Below are positions 54,470-64,000 of a stretch of 64,000 nucleotides of DNA, one piece after another. Source of the DNA: an uncultured delta proteobacterium (lineage in GTDB: Bacteria > Myxococcota > Kuafuiibacteriia > Kuafuiibacteriales > Kuafuiibacteriaceae); assembly GCA_963803435.1 (NCBI GenBank), contig CAWDML010000001.1, forward strand, positions 2,496,001 to 2,560,000, written 5' to 3'. Below the pieces are notes generated by a model that saw only the letters and a program-made list of their open reading frames with translations, was not told where the DNA came from and did not search any database. The position numbers were made by a program, and so were the translations under genes. Each line of letters begins with the position of its first letter. The stretch's first letter is position 1.

Positions 54470-55459
54470 TCAGTTGATGGCGTCGACGAGCTTCTGGATC
54501 TCCCCGAGCGCCTGCCGCGCGGAGTGGGCGCGGGCGAGCTCGGCCTCGAGCTTGGCGGCACGCGCCTCGAGATCAGCCCGCTCGTTCAGCACCATGTGCA
54601 AGCGCGCTTGCATCGCGTCGGCGTCCGCCTGCGCCGCGTCGAGCCCGCCGCGGAGGTCGGTCACCTGCGCGCGCGCGCGATCGAGCGCGCGATCGCGCTC
54701 CTCCAGCTGCGCCTCCATCTGCTGCAACAGGGCCACCTGCTGGGCGTCGAGCTCCTTGAGATCCGCGATGCAGGCCAGGGCGCGATCGCGCTCGACCGCC
54801 AGCGCCTCGGACTCCGAAAGCAGCTCGTCCGCCACGCTCTGACGCTCGCCGGCGAGGAGCTCCGCATGCACGCGCGCCTTCCGCTCGGACTCGAGGAGCT
54901 CCTGGGTCTCGCCCAGCTCGTTCCGCGCCACGTCGAGCGCCTTGATCAGCTCGGTGCGCTCGAGCCGTCCCTGATCGAGCTGGTCCCGGAGCGCCGCCAC
55001 CGTCTCGCGCACCCGGCTCGCGGTGGCCTCGGGCTCCGGCGGCTTCTCCTCGCGCCGACGATTGGCCGCCTCGAGGCGCGCCTTGAGCTCGGCGATCCGC
55101 GCCCGCCCCGTCTTCGCGAGCGCGCCCCCCGCCTCCACCTCCGGCAGCGGACGGGAAGCCACCGGGGCCCGCTCGGGCAGAGCCCGCGCACCCGGCTCCG
55201 CCCGCGGTTCGCTTGCGGCGGGGCGTGCGACCGGGGTCGGGGAGACGACCGGGGTCGCGACCGCCACCGGTGGAGGCGGGGCGAGGACGAGGCCCTCGTC
55301 GAGGGCGTGGGTCAGCGCTGCGTCGAGCTCGGCGTCGGCGCCGTTCTGGGGCGAGGGTGTCTCGGGCGCGTCCTCGGCGCCGTCGACCTCGGCGAGCATC
55401 GCGGCGAGGCGGGTGCGCGGCTTTCGCTTCGGAACGTTGGCGTCGAATCCAGACTTCAT
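54470..55459 (-). CDS. pomX: PomX-like coiled-coil protein
   Basis: N-terminal [18 protein letters not shown] resembles the PomX ATPase-activating peptide (K13/R15); Pro/Ala linker; long coiled coil; overlaps the ParA gene. Confidence 0.82.
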   Translation of the reverse strand: MKSGFDANVPKRKPRTRLAAMLAEVDGAEDAPETPSPQNGADAELDAALTHALDEGLVLAPPPPVAVATPVVSPTPVARPAASEPRAEPGARALPERAPVASRPLPEVEAGGALAKTGRARIAELKARLEAANRRREEKPPEPEATASRVRETVAALRDQLDQGRLERTELIKALDVARNELGETQELLESERKARVHAELLAGERQSVADELLSESEALAVERDRALACIADLKELDAQQVALLQQMEAQLEERDRALDRARAQVTDLRGGLDAAQADADAMQARLHMVLNERADLEARAAKLEAELARAHSARQALGEIQKLVDAIN

Positions 55460-56427
55460 GCGTGGAGCTCCTCCGCGGCCGCGGGGGCGGGCACGTCGGT
55501 GTTGTCGATCAGCGCTTGGATGTCCTCCGCGCCCTTGCTGGTCGGATCGAACGCGTAGATCGGGAGGCCCTCGCTCGAGGCCTGGGCGAACTTCGTGCAC
55601 TGTCGGATCGTGATCGGCAACAGATAGTCCTGGTAGTGCTGCCGGAGCGCGTCGTGCGCGGCGCGCGCGATCTTGGTGGTCGGGTTGTACTGATTCACGA
55701 TCACGAAGATCCGATCCAGCCGATGCTCGAGATCCTCTGCGACGTCGTCGAGCGTCTCGAAGAGAAGCTTCAACCCGTGGAAGGAGAGGAAGTCCGGAAG
55801 CACCGGCACGAACAGATCGTCCGCCGCCACGATGGCGTTCAGGTTGAGCAGCCCGAACGAAGGCGGCGCATCCATCACGATGTACTCGTAGTCGGACTCG
55901 ACGGCTGCCAGCGCCTTGCGAAGCTTGCCCTCCCGGCTCGACAGCGGCATCAGCGAGAGATCGATCGTCGCCATCCTCAGGTTGGCCGGCACCAGGTGGA
56001 GCTCGGTCAGAGCCGTCTCGATGCGCGCCTCCGCGATCGCCGCCTTCTTGATCAGCACCTCGAAGAGCGTGGTCTCGCAGTTCTCGCCCTCGTAGCCGAG
56101 ACACTTGGTGGCGTGGCCCTGCGAGTCGAGGTCGAGGAGCAGCACGCGGTGGCCGAGCTCGGCCAGCCGGTGGGCATACGACACGGAGAGGCTGGTCTTG
56201 CCGGTCCCGCCCTTGAAGTTCAGGAACAGCTGCTTGCGCAGCTTCTTCTTGGGCGGCCGTCGGGCCAACGCCGTCCGGTACAGCGACAGGTCCTCGACAC
56301 TGTAGTCGAGGCGCGCGCCGTTCCCTTGACTCTGGAGCGGACCGGACGTCTCGCACGCGGTGAGCTCGCCCTCCGTGAGGTCGAGCAGCTTCATGAGGCG
56401 TTCGCGCGAAATGTTAACCTGCTCCAT
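55456..56427 (-). CDS. pomZ: ParA/MinD-family ATPase PomZ
   Basis: RKQLFLNFKGGTGKTSLS, DLDSQGH, DAPPSFGLLN, IRQCTKFAQASSEG; lies between pomY-like and pomX-like genes. Confidence 0.9.
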   Translation of the reverse strand: MEQVNISRERLMKLLDLTEGELTACETSGPLQSQGNGARLDYSVEDLSLYRTALARRPPKKKLRKQLFLNFKGGTGKTSLSVSYAHRLAELGHRVLLLDLDSQGHATKCLGYEGENCETTLFEVLIKKAAIAEARIETALTELHLVPANLRMATIDLSLMPLSSREGKLRKALAAVESDYEYIVMDAPPSFGLLNLNAIVAADDLFVPVLPDFLSFHGLKLLFETLDDVAEDLEHRLDRIFVIVNQYNPTTKIARAAHDALRQHYQDYLLPITIRQCTKFAQASSEGLPIYAFDPTSKGAEDIQALIDNTDVPAPAAAEELHA

Positions 56428-57784
56428 GACCTGTCTCCCGGCGCACCTTCGACAGCGAGTCCGCCGCCACTGCACGCACGCTCTCGACCCGATCGTCGAG
56501 CGCGTCGATCAAAGCTTTCATCGCCTCGGGCGAGCTCTCGCCCGCGAGCGCCGCGCAGGCCGCCCTGCGCGCCTGCAGATCGGGGTCGCTCAACAGCGGG
56601 ATGAGCAACGGCGCCACGTCCGTCTTCGAGACGGCCCTGAGCGCCAGGACCGCCCGCCGCCGCACCCTGGGATCGCGATCCGTCAACCCGACCTGCGCGA
56701 CCTCGGCGATCTCGTTCTCCGCCGCCAGCTCCAGCTTGGCCTCGACCGCCGCCGCCCGCACGAACGGGTTGGGATCAGTGAGCGCGCTGTCGATCGAGAC
56801 GCGCGCCATCGGCGCCTTGGTCCGGCCCAGGAGCTCGAGCATGGCGATCCGCTCCTCGTCGTCCGAGGCCAGCCTCACCGCCGCAGCCAGCGCCGGCGCG
56901 GCCAGCGCACCGGCCGTCTCCACCAGGTGGCGAGCCGCCGAGAGCCGCGTCTCGACGCGCGATGACGACAGCTCGCTGGCGAGGCGCTGCGCGCGCCTTC
57001 TCTTGGCGTCGCTCTCGATCGAGTCGAGGGCGGCCCGGGCCTCGCTCAGGCCCAGCTGCATGGCGAGCGCGCTCCGCGGCTGATCGATCCTCGAGGGCAG
57101 TGCGGTCGGTTCCGACGCCACCAGGAACCGCGGCGTCGACTCCACCGGCGGCGCGGGCAGCTCCGACTTCGCGAGCGCCTCGAGCAGCGTCTCCTCGCGC
57201 ACGTGCGCAGCCTCGTTCTCGGCGGCCAGCCGTCCGATCTCGCCGCGGAGCTCGGCGATGAACTCCGCCAGATCCACGTCGTCCGAGCGCGACATCTTCT
57301 GCCACTCGATCAAGCGCGCGAAGAAGCTCTCCCGCGCCCGCTCCAGCGCGGACAGGCGCTCGCGGGCCGCGTCGAGCGCGCTGCTCTTCTGCTCCGCGCG
57401 CTGCTGCTCGCGCTCCAGCTTGCGGCAGAGCTCGGCGATCTCGCGGGTGGTCTCGCGACCGCCGGCCTCCATGCGCCGCTCGAGCGCGGTCCGTTCGGCG
57501 TCGGCGTGCGCGGTGCGGTCACCGATCACGACCATCTCGCGACGCGCTTCCGCCAGCCGCTCCTCCAGATCTGCGATCCGGCGCGCCGCTTCCGCCTCTC
57601 GTTGTGCTCCTTCTGCAACGCGCTCGCGGAGGTCGCGGACCGTACGCCGCTCATCCGCGACCACGGCCTCCATCTGTTCCAAACGCCATTCGAGGAAACA
57701 GATCCGTTCCAGTGCCTGGCTCAGAGAGTCCTTGGAGCCCGGTTGTGCGCCCATCGCCCGCTCGATCGCAGGCGCAAGGTACAT
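56414..57784 (-). CDS. pomY: PomY-like coiled-coil + HEAT-repeat protein
   Basis: N-terminal coiled coil, DVDLAEFIAELRGEI, HEAT repeats (DPNPFVRAAA, DRDPRVRRRA); upstream of pomZ. Confidence 0.78.
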   Translation of the reverse strand: MYLAPAIERAMGAQPGSKDSLSQALERICFLEWRLEQMEAVVADERRTVRDLRERVAEGAQREAEAARRIADLEERLAEARREMVVIGDRTAHADAERTALERRMEAGGRETTREIAELCRKLEREQQRAEQKSSALDAARERLSALERARESFFARLIEWQKMSRSDDVDLAEFIAELRGEIGRLAAENEAAHVREETLLEALAKSELPAPPVESTPRFLVASEPTALPSRIDQPRSALAMQLGLSEARAALDSIESDAKRRRAQRLASELSSSRVETRLSAARHLVETAGALAAPALAAAVRLASDDEERIAMLELLGRTKAPMARVSIDSALTDPNPFVRAAAVEAKLELAAENEIAEVAQVGLTDRDPRVRRRAVLALRAVSKTDVAPLLIPLLSDPDLQARRAACAALAGESSPEAMKALIDALDDRVESVRAVAADSLSKVRRETGHGAG

Positions 57785-57853
57785 GAGGACGATCCGACCG
57801 TCGATCCCCCCTAACGAGTTTTCTCTTCAATATACGGGTAAGATCTGATAGAC

Positions 57854-58888
57854 GTGCTCGCGGTGCTTCCGGCCCTGGTCGCGCTCGCCCTCCTCGCTCA
57901 GCCGGCGCCCCGGCGAGTCGCGATCCGCGCGCTCGACGGCGATACGAAGAGCGTCATCGTCGCGCAGCGCGCCACGCGCGCGATCGTGCGCCAGCTGGAA
58001 CGACGCCCGGACCTGTCCGTCAGCGAGGCCGGCGACGAGCTCGAGATTGGCGGCGGCATCGTCCAGAGCGCCTCGGGCTACCTCGGGATCCTGATTGCCA
58101 CCGACGCCACAGGACACGCCAAAACCGGCGAGAGCTGTCGATCCGGTGAGGAGGTCCCGCTGACGGCCTGTCTCCTCGAAGCCGCCGACCGCCTGGCCCG
58201 GGACGCCGTCCCGCCCCCGGTGGGCCGCGCGGGCGGCACGATTGTGGTCTCGACGCTCGACGCCTACCGCGTGCCGGACGAGCTCGCCCGGAACGTCAGC
58301 GGCGTGGTCCGGATCGAGCTGTCGAGCGCCCCGGGCATCAAGGTCGCCGCCGACAAGGGTGACTGGGAGGTCCGGGGCGCCGTCGGCCGGCTCGACGACG
58401 TCTGGATCGTCTCCCTCGAGCTCCTCGACGCGGACGGCCAGTCGGCGCACCGGGCCAGCGAGGTCTTCTCCGGCCCGCGCTCCGAGCTGGTGCTGGCCAC
58501 GCGGGTCGCGGCCCGGCGTTTGGTCGGGATCGGGAGCGACGACTCGGGCGACGTCTCGCTGACCGCGAACGTCGACGAGGCCCAGCTCTCCATCGACGGC
58601 GCGCCACCCCTCCCCTTCCACGGTCTCCACCGGCTCACGCTGGACGCCGGTAAGCATCAGCTCGCGCTCAGCGCCGAGGGCCACCGCCCGCTCTTCGACG
58701 AGTTCTACGTGCTCGGCGGTCAGAGCACGAAGCTGAACGAGCGGCTCTCAGCCCTCCCCGATCCTTGGTATCGAAAGTGGTGGGTCTGGACCGCGCTCGG
58801 CGCCGCCGTCGTGGTCAGCGGCACCATCGTCGGAGTGGCCGCCGCCAGCCGCCCCGACGACGCCGTCATCGAGATCCGCATCCGTTAG
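57854..58888 (+). CDS. PEGA-domain protein
   Basis: Signal peptide; ANVDEAQLSIDG..LDAGKHQL..EGHRP PEGA pattern; PWYRKWWVW + TM C-terminus. Confidence 0.8.
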   Translation: MLAVLPALVALALLAQPAPRRVAIRALDGDTKSVIVAQRATRAIVRQLERRPDLSVSEAGDELEIGGGIVQSASGYLGILIATDATGHAKTGESCRSGEEVPLTACLLEAADRLARDAVPPPVGRAGGTIVVSTLDAYRVPDELARNVSGVVRIELSSAPGIKVAADKGDWEVRGAVGRLDDVWIVSLELLDADGQSAHRASEVFSGPRSELVLATRVAARRLVGIGSDDSGDVSLTANVDEAQLSIDGAPPLPFHGLHRLTLDAGKHQLALSAEGHRPLFDEFYVLGGQSTKLNERLSALPDPWYRKWWVWTALGAAVVVSGTIVGVAAASRPDDAVIEIRIR

Positions 58889-58916
58889 ATCAGCCCACGG
58901 GTCCGAAGCCCGCCCG

Positions 58917-60107
58917 TCACGGACAGGCGATGGAGAGCGCGGCCTCGTTGCCGCCGCCGTCGATTGCAGCCACCGCGCGCGCGGTCGACGACGAAGCGGC
59001 CAGGACGAACGACCCCCCCTCGGTCCACGCCAGCTCGGCGCCGGCCTGATCCTGCAGCGACACGCGCGTCGCCTCGACGGAGACGCCGGCGACGACGGCG
59101 CTCGACGACGAGCAGACCACCGACATCACCGTGAGCTGGGGGGGGATGGTGTCCACGCCGATCTCTGCACCGGTGGCCTGGCCGAGGTTGCCGGCGCGAT
59201 CCTCCGCGGTGACCCCGACGGTGTAGCTGCCGTCGCAGCCCAGCGTCGCCGACTCCGCGCGGCACGAGAACGTGCTGCCGCCGCCCGTGCAGGGATAAGG
59301 GCCGAGCGTCGAGGGACAGTGGCCGGCGCGCTCCAGGGAGCGCGCGAGGCGGAGCTCGGGCATCGACACCGCCTCGTTCGCCTCCACCTCGACCACCAGC
59401 GTCCCGCCCGGCCCGAGGCGCGATGCACCTTCGAGGCGGGCGCGCGTCGAGAGCACGGGCGCGTCCAGGTCGACCGTGAGCGAGGCCGTTTCGGTCGGAC
59501 CGAGCACGCCGTCGGCCGAGAGGAAGTCGGCGAACAGCATGATGGGACAGCGGCCGATCGTGCAGTCGACCTGATCCAGCGGGTACTCGACCGCGAAGCT
59601 CTCGAGTCGGTCGATCTCCTCGCCCTCTCGCGGCCGCGCCGCTTCGTGCGTGGGACGGCCCGGCAGCAGCCCGAGCTGCACCTTCGACCAGCGACGCGCG
59701 TCCATCTCCAGCGTTGCGGTGGCGCCGGTGCGGCGGAGCTTCAGAATGTGGCCCTCCGGCGGGAGGTGGAGCGCGACGTCGACGGGCGTCGAGCCCCCGG
59801 CCGAGAGCTCGAAGAGGTTCGACTGTCCGTGAAGGAGCGGGCGTCCGGCGGGGTCGCGGATCAGGGCGCGCACCCGACGATTCGAACCGGCGGGCGCGGC
59901 GAGGTCGAACACCAGCGGCTCGACGCCGAGCGGTCCGCCCTCGCCCGCCAGCGTCTGGAAATCGCCGTCGACGTCGCGGCCGACCGTCACGCGGATCAGC
60001 GCGCCGGCCAGCGAGGGCGCCCCATCCGGCACGTCGAAGGTGACGGCGACCCGGGACGACTCGCCGCACCCGGCGAGGACGAAGAGCGTCGCGATCAGCC
60101 CCCGCAC
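58917..60107 (-). CDS. Ig-like beta-rich lipoprotein (paralogue of 60095..61330)
   Basis: GTG start, lipobox LAGC; DGSYTVGVTAEDRAGN..VDTIPP Ig-like motif. Confidence 0.72.
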   Translation of the reverse strand: MRGLIATLFVLAGCGESSRVAVTFDVPDGAPSLAGALIRVTVGRDVDGDFQTLAGEGGPLGVEPLVFDLAAPAGSNRRVRALIRDPAGRPLLHGQSNLFELSAGGSTPVDVALHLPPEGHILKLRRTGATATLEMDARRWSKVQLGLLPGRPTHEAARPREGEEIDRLESFAVEYPLDQVDCTIGRCPIMLFADFLSADGVLGPTETASLTVDLDAPVLSTRARLEGASRLGPGGTLVVEVEANEAVSMPELRLARSLERAGHCPSTLGPYPCTGGGSTFSCRAESATLGCDGSYTVGVTAEDRAGNLGQATGAEIGVDTIPPQLTVMSVVCSSSSAVVAGVSVEATRVSLQDQAGAELAWTEGGSFVLAASSSTARAVAAIDGGGNEAALSIACP

Positions 60108-61330
60108 GGCAGCACCTCGAGGGAGACGATGGGCCCCTCGTTCCCGGCCGTGTCGAGCGGGCGGAGCTCGACCTCGCCCGCCGGGACCGCGAGCACGAAG
60201 CCACCGCGATCGTCCGCGACGGCGTGGACCGCGCCGGCCGCCACCGTGGCCCGGGGCTCGGCGGCGCCCGGATCGCCCTGGACGATGGGTTGGGATCCGG
60301 CGCAGGTGCCGTGCATGGCGGCGAGCGCCAGCGGCGGCGGCGGCGTCCGATCCACCGCCAGCGTGGCCACGTCGAAGAGCCGCACCGAGTTGCCGGCCAG
60401 ATCCGTGGCCGTGATCTCGATGCTGTAGGTCCCGGCGCAGTCGATCGGGAACGCGAGCGCGGGGATCGTGCCGTCGACCAGCTCGACCCGGTCCGGACAC
60501 TGCGGCGATCCGCCCGAGAGCGCCGCGAACGTGCTCAGCACGACGGGCTCGTCGAAGTCGGCCGCGATGCGGGCGCTCCGCGTGCCGCCCAGCACCGCCC
60601 CCGTGTCGATCGCGAGCGACACGTCGAGCAGTCGCGGGGGAAACGGATCGTAGATCAAGCGGGTGCTGAAGACGTCCGAGTGGAAGCCGTTGAAGTCGAC
60701 GAAGCGGGCATAGATCGTCCGCGGGCATCCGGTGCGATCGTCGCAGCGCGCGCCGATCACCGCGTCGACCAGCACCTCGCCGGGCATCCGCGGATCGGCC
60801 GGGCGCTGGTTGAGGATCGGGGTCGACCGGGTCCGGGCCGGGGAGAACGACGGGTCCTCCGACAGGTCGACGCCCACCGCGGCGAGGTCGAGACCGAGGG
60901 CCAGCGTCACTGTCGCCGTGCCGACGCGGCCCTGCTGCGAGCCCGAGACTCGGAGCGTACCGGGGCTCGGAACCGGGCTCATCGTGATGGTGAGGATCGG
61001 ACCGTCCGACTCCTGGAGCCGGAACGGCGCCGAGCGCCCGGCGAACAGCACGCGCGGCCGCTCCTCGTCCGTCTCCAACGTCGCCGTGATGACCCGCTGG
61101 GTCCCGAAGGGGAGACGGACGCTGGCGAGGTCGAAGTTCAGGTCGAACGGCTGCACGACCTCCTCGAGGACCGTCGGAGCGGCGCCGGAACCCTCGGTCA
61201 CCACGACGCGCAGATTCGTCGACCCATCCTGCGGCGGCCGCGCCACCGTGAAGAAGAGATCGACGGACGCGATCCCGCCACAGGCCGACAGGACCGGCAG
61301 CGCCGCGAAGATCAGCCCTCGACGATCCAT
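60095..61330 (-). CDS. Ig-like beta-rich lipoprotein
   Basis: Lipobox LSAC; AGTYSIEITATDLAGN..VDRTPP. Confidence 0.75.
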   Translation of the reverse strand: MDRRGLIFAALPVLSACGGIASVDLFFTVARPPQDGSTNLRVVVTEGSGAAPTVLEEVVQPFDLNFDLASVRLPFGTQRVITATLETDEERPRVLFAGRSAPFRLQESDGPILTITMSPVPSPGTLRVSGSQQGRVGTATVTLALGLDLAAVGVDLSEDPSFSPARTRSTPILNQRPADPRMPGEVLVDAVIGARCDDRTGCPRTIYARFVDFNGFHSDVFSTRLIYDPFPPRLLDVSLAIDTGAVLGGTRSARIAADFDEPVVLSTFAALSGGSPQCPDRVELVDGTIPALAFPIDCAGTYSIEITATDLAGNSVRLFDVATLAVDRTPPPPLALAAMHGTCAGSQPIVQGDPGAAEPRATVAAGAVHAVADDRGGFVLAVPAGEVELRPLDTAGNEGPIVSLEVLPCGG

Positions 61331-61381
61331 GCCCCTACCTCCTTACCTCGGTCCTTACCTCGGCTCGGGTAACACATCGCG

Positions 61382-62011
61382 TCAGCGCACGCGATAGACC
61401 GTCGTGTCGGTGAGGTCGGTGCCGCGGGCGTCGCAGTCGGTGGGCGCTCGATAGACGGCAAGAGCCTCCAGATCCTTCGGATCGAGGAAGCCCCGGCCAG
61501 GATCGGCGAGCAGGACCTTCGCACCCTGGTGGGCCAGCCCACGGAGCCAATCCAGCGCCTGGCGCGCGAACGGCGCCTCGTAGCAGACGTCTCCGGCGAG
61601 GATGAGCTGGTAGTCGAGGTCGGTGCGGCCCACCAGGTTCTCCTGCCGGACCGCGATCCGGACGCCGTTGAGGGCGGCGTTCATCTCCAGCGCAACACAT
61701 GCGAGGGGGTCGATGTCGTTGGCGGTGACCTCGGCGCCGCCGAGCGCCGCCGCGATCGACTGAAGCCCCCCGCCAGCCCCGAAGTCCAGCACCGTGCGCG
61801 CACGCACGATCTCCGGATGGTCGAGCAGGAAGCGGGCGAGCGCCTGTCCGCCCGCCCACGCGAACGCCCAGTAGGGATCCGTCAATCCCCGCGCGCGGGC
61901 TTCCGCCTCCGTGGCGGTCCACAGCGGACAGGCGTCGGTGATGAGGTGGAGACGGATCTCCGGGCACAGGTAGGGCGATGCAATCACGGTCTCGTGTCGG
62001 ATGACGCGCAT
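61382..62011 (-). CDS. Lysine N-methyltransferase-like protein (Methyltransf_16 / ETFB-KMT type)
   Basis: PEIRLHL, PYWAFAWAGGQALAR, VLDFGAGGG, LAGDVCYE, ADPGR. Confidence 0.88.
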   Translation of the reverse strand: MRVIRHETVIASPYLCPEIRLHLITDACPLWTATEAEARARGLTDPYWAFAWAGGQALARFLLDHPEIVRARTVLDFGAGGGLQSIAAALGGAEVTANDIDPLACVALEMNAALNGVRIAVRQENLVGRTDLDYQLILAGDVCYEAPFARQALDWLRGLAHQGAKVLLADPGRGFLDPKDLEALAVYRAPTDCDARGTDLTDTTVYRVR

Positions 62012-62040
62012 TCGTACTAGACTGGGAACAGTACCGTCCG

Positions 62041-62706
62041 ATGTTCCAGAGTGGCTACTACACGGTCGGACACTTCAAGGGTGCACCGATCCGCCTCCAC
62101 TGGAGCGCTCCGCTGGGGGCACTCGTGTTCGGCGGCTTCCGCTTCGTCCCCGGCTTCTGGATCGGCTTCTTCCTGCTCGTCCTCCTCCACGAGCTCGGCC
62201 ACGCGGTGGTGGTCCGTCTGTGCGGGCTGCGCGTCGCCGGCATCGACATCCACGGCCTCGGCGGGCAGTGCCGCTGGGAGGGCCGTCTCACCTCGCTCAA
62301 GCAGGCGTTGATCGCGTGGGGCGGAGTCTGGGCTCAGCTCGCGTTGTTCGCCGCGGTCGAGGTGACCCTGCTGTTCGTGGCGCCGCCGCCGAACCCACAC
62401 CTCTGGGATCTGATCGACGCCTTCACGCGCGCGAATCTCTGGTTGGCTGCGCTGAACCTGATCCCGATCCGTCCGCTCGACGGCGCCGAAGCGTGGCCGC
62501 TGTTCTCGATCCTCTGGGAGCGCTTCCGCCTGCGGCGCCAGATCCGCGTCGCCGTGCGGCCGGTCGCGCGGCCCGCGCCGCCCAAGAAGGCGCCGCCCAC
62601 GGATCCGAAGTACAGCGAGCGCGTCCGCGATCCGGGCAAGAGCGAGGAGCTCTTCCAGCGGTTGATGAAGAACAATCCGGTCGAGGAGGGCGAGGAGGAG
62701 CGATAG
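62041..62706 (+). CDS. Site-2 (M50) zinc metalloprotease
   Basis: HELGH and NLIPIRPLDG motifs within TM segments. Confidence 0.9.
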   Translation: MFQSGYYTVGHFKGAPIRLHWSAPLGALVFGGFRFVPGFWIGFFLLVLLHELGHAVVVRLCGLRVAGIDIHGLGGQCRWEGRLTSLKQALIAWGGVWAQLALFAAVEVTLLFVAPPPNPHLWDLIDAFTRANLWLAALNLIPIRPLDGAEAWPLFSILWERFRLRRQIRVAVRPVARPAPPKKAPPTDPKYSERVRDPGKSEELFQRLMKNNPVEEGEEER

Positions 62707-62728
62707 CTCCGGCCTGCCGGAGCTCGGA

Positions 62729-63580
62729 TCAAGAATCCAGCACGAGATCGATCCGCACCCACTCGTCCCGATGAACGATCGCCTCGAGGGCAAGGCCCTC
62801 ACGCTCATAGGCTCCGGAGACCTCCTCGGCCTGCGACCCGAGAACGCCCGACAGCAGGAGCCGGCCGCCCGGCGCAACACGACTTGCAATCTCCGGCGCC
62901 AGCTCGATCAGTGGTCCGGCGAGGATGTTCGCGACGACCAGGTCGAAGCGCTCGTCCGGGAGCTCGTCGATCAGCTCGAGCGAGAGCGCGTTCTTCACGG
63001 CGTTCTCTCTCGCCACGGTCAGCGCATCGGGATCGTTGTCGACGCCGACCGCACGACGGGTCCCCAGGCGCAGCGCGCCCAGCGCGAGGATCCCGGTGCC
63101 AGTCCCGACGTCCAGCAGGGACCCGACCGGCGAGAGCTCACCGATCCGCTCCAGACACAGGGCGGTGGTGGCGTGGAGACCGGTCCCGAAGGCCATCGAC
63201 GGATCGATCCACAGCACCGCGCCCGCCGTCTCCGGCGGCGCGAGCCAGCTCGGTACCACCCAGATGGCTCCGAAGCAGATCGGAGCGAAGTGGCGCTTCC
63301 AGTGGGCGGCCCAGTCGATCGCCTCGAACTCGCCCGGTCGAACGGCGCCGGCCTCGATCCCGTTGGCGCGCAAGCTGTCCTGCACGCGGCCTGCCAGCGC
63401 CGTCGGGTCGAGCTCCGGATCGGGCGCGAACGCAGCCACCACGACGATCGGGCGCTGCTCGTCCTTCACCTCGAGGCCCTCGGCGCCGAGCTCGAAGAGG
63501 AGCGCGCTCATCACGTCGAAGCGCTCGTCCTCGGGCTCCAGCTCGGGCGGCAGCTCGATCTCGACGCTGAGCCACGTCAC
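62729..63580 (-). CDS. prmA: Ribosomal protein L11 methyltransferase
   Basis: DWAAHWKRHF, IDPSMAFGTGLHATT, LDVGTGTGILA, VANILA, LLSGVL. Confidence 0.94.
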   Translation of the reverse strand: MTWLSVEIELPPELEPEDERFDVMSALLFELGAEGLEVKDEQRPIVVVAAFAPDPELDPTALAGRVQDSLRANGIEAGAVRPGEFEAIDWAAHWKRHFAPICFGAIWVVPSWLAPPETAGAVLWIDPSMAFGTGLHATTALCLERIGELSPVGSLLDVGTGTGILALGALRLGTRRAVGVDNDPDALTVARENAVKNALSLELIDELPDERFDLVVANILAGPLIELAPEIASRVAPGGRLLLSGVLGSQAEEVSGAYEREGLALEAIVHRDEWVRIDLVLDS

Positions 63581-64000
63581 TTGAAGTCCGTGAGTGGGCG
63601 GCGCGGGGGGGCGAAGTCGAACTCGGCGCGCAAGGTGCCGACTCTTCCCTCCGCGTTCGACCGCGTCAACGTCGCGGTGAGCGTCCCCGCCAGGCGCTCC
63701 ATTCGGCCGGTGTCCTGCGGATCCTGGGCGAGCGTCACGGTGGTGAGCTGGAGGACCCCCGAGAGGACGTCCAGAGTGGGAAACTCGGGGCAGGTCTCGA
63801 AGAGGCTGAGCGCGGCGTTGGCTCCCGAAGGGTTCTGCGAGACCGGCAGCACCAGCGGCATCGAAGGGTCGGTGCGGACGATTCTGATCCCGGGTCGAGT
63901 CGACCGTCAAGAACCCCATGCGGATGAGCTGATCCAGGCTGACCCGGATCACCAGGCCGTCGGTCTCCTCGACGTTGACGCGATACTTCTGGATCATGAC
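63577..64000 (-). CDS. Hypothetical protein, 3' part (probable frameshift near 63880)
   Basis: Coding-like frames 63577..63861 and about 63880..63997; the stop overlaps the prmA start. Confidence 0.5.

Noticed and set aside
54470-56356. 628-aa ORF extending PomX upstream
   Set aside because: The upstream part is an alternative frame of pomZ; the credible start is 55459.

Overview
High-GC window from a myxobacterium-like (Myxococcota/deltaproteobacterial) genome. The core is a Myxococcus-type type IVa pilus locus split into two convergent halves. The plus-strand half is pilD-pilS2-pilR2-HTH-pilMNOPQ-aroKB-lipoprotein-mglC-aroQ-efp-accBC-GT4. The minus-strand half is ribF-aroE-pilB-pilT-pilC-pilS-pilR-[TPR, Zn-finger/DUF4019, large TSP3/IPT lipoprotein]-pilA-second pilin-pilGHI. 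Also present: the 3' end of an IS1182-family transposase, atpZ-I-B-E, rsmE, argG, a pomY-pomZ-pomX cluster, prmA and several lipoproteins. pilM, pilB, pilT, pilC and argG carry multiple frameshifts, probably assembly or polishing errors. The most striking observations are: (1) a full-length Pol I paralogue that keeps the metal- and triphosphate-binding residues but has lost the steric gate, minor-groove and template-stacking residues and has a degenerate 5' nuclease; (2) a candidate sigma54-driven, GGA-rich sRNA downstream of a MYXO-CTERM pseudo-subtilase; (3) a DUF2934-ribosomal bL12 CTD fusion; (4) a DgcB-like FHA-GGDEF cyclase at the head of the pilD arm; (5) an accessory cassette between pilR and pilA. 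All assignments come from motif recognition by eye; no searches were run.
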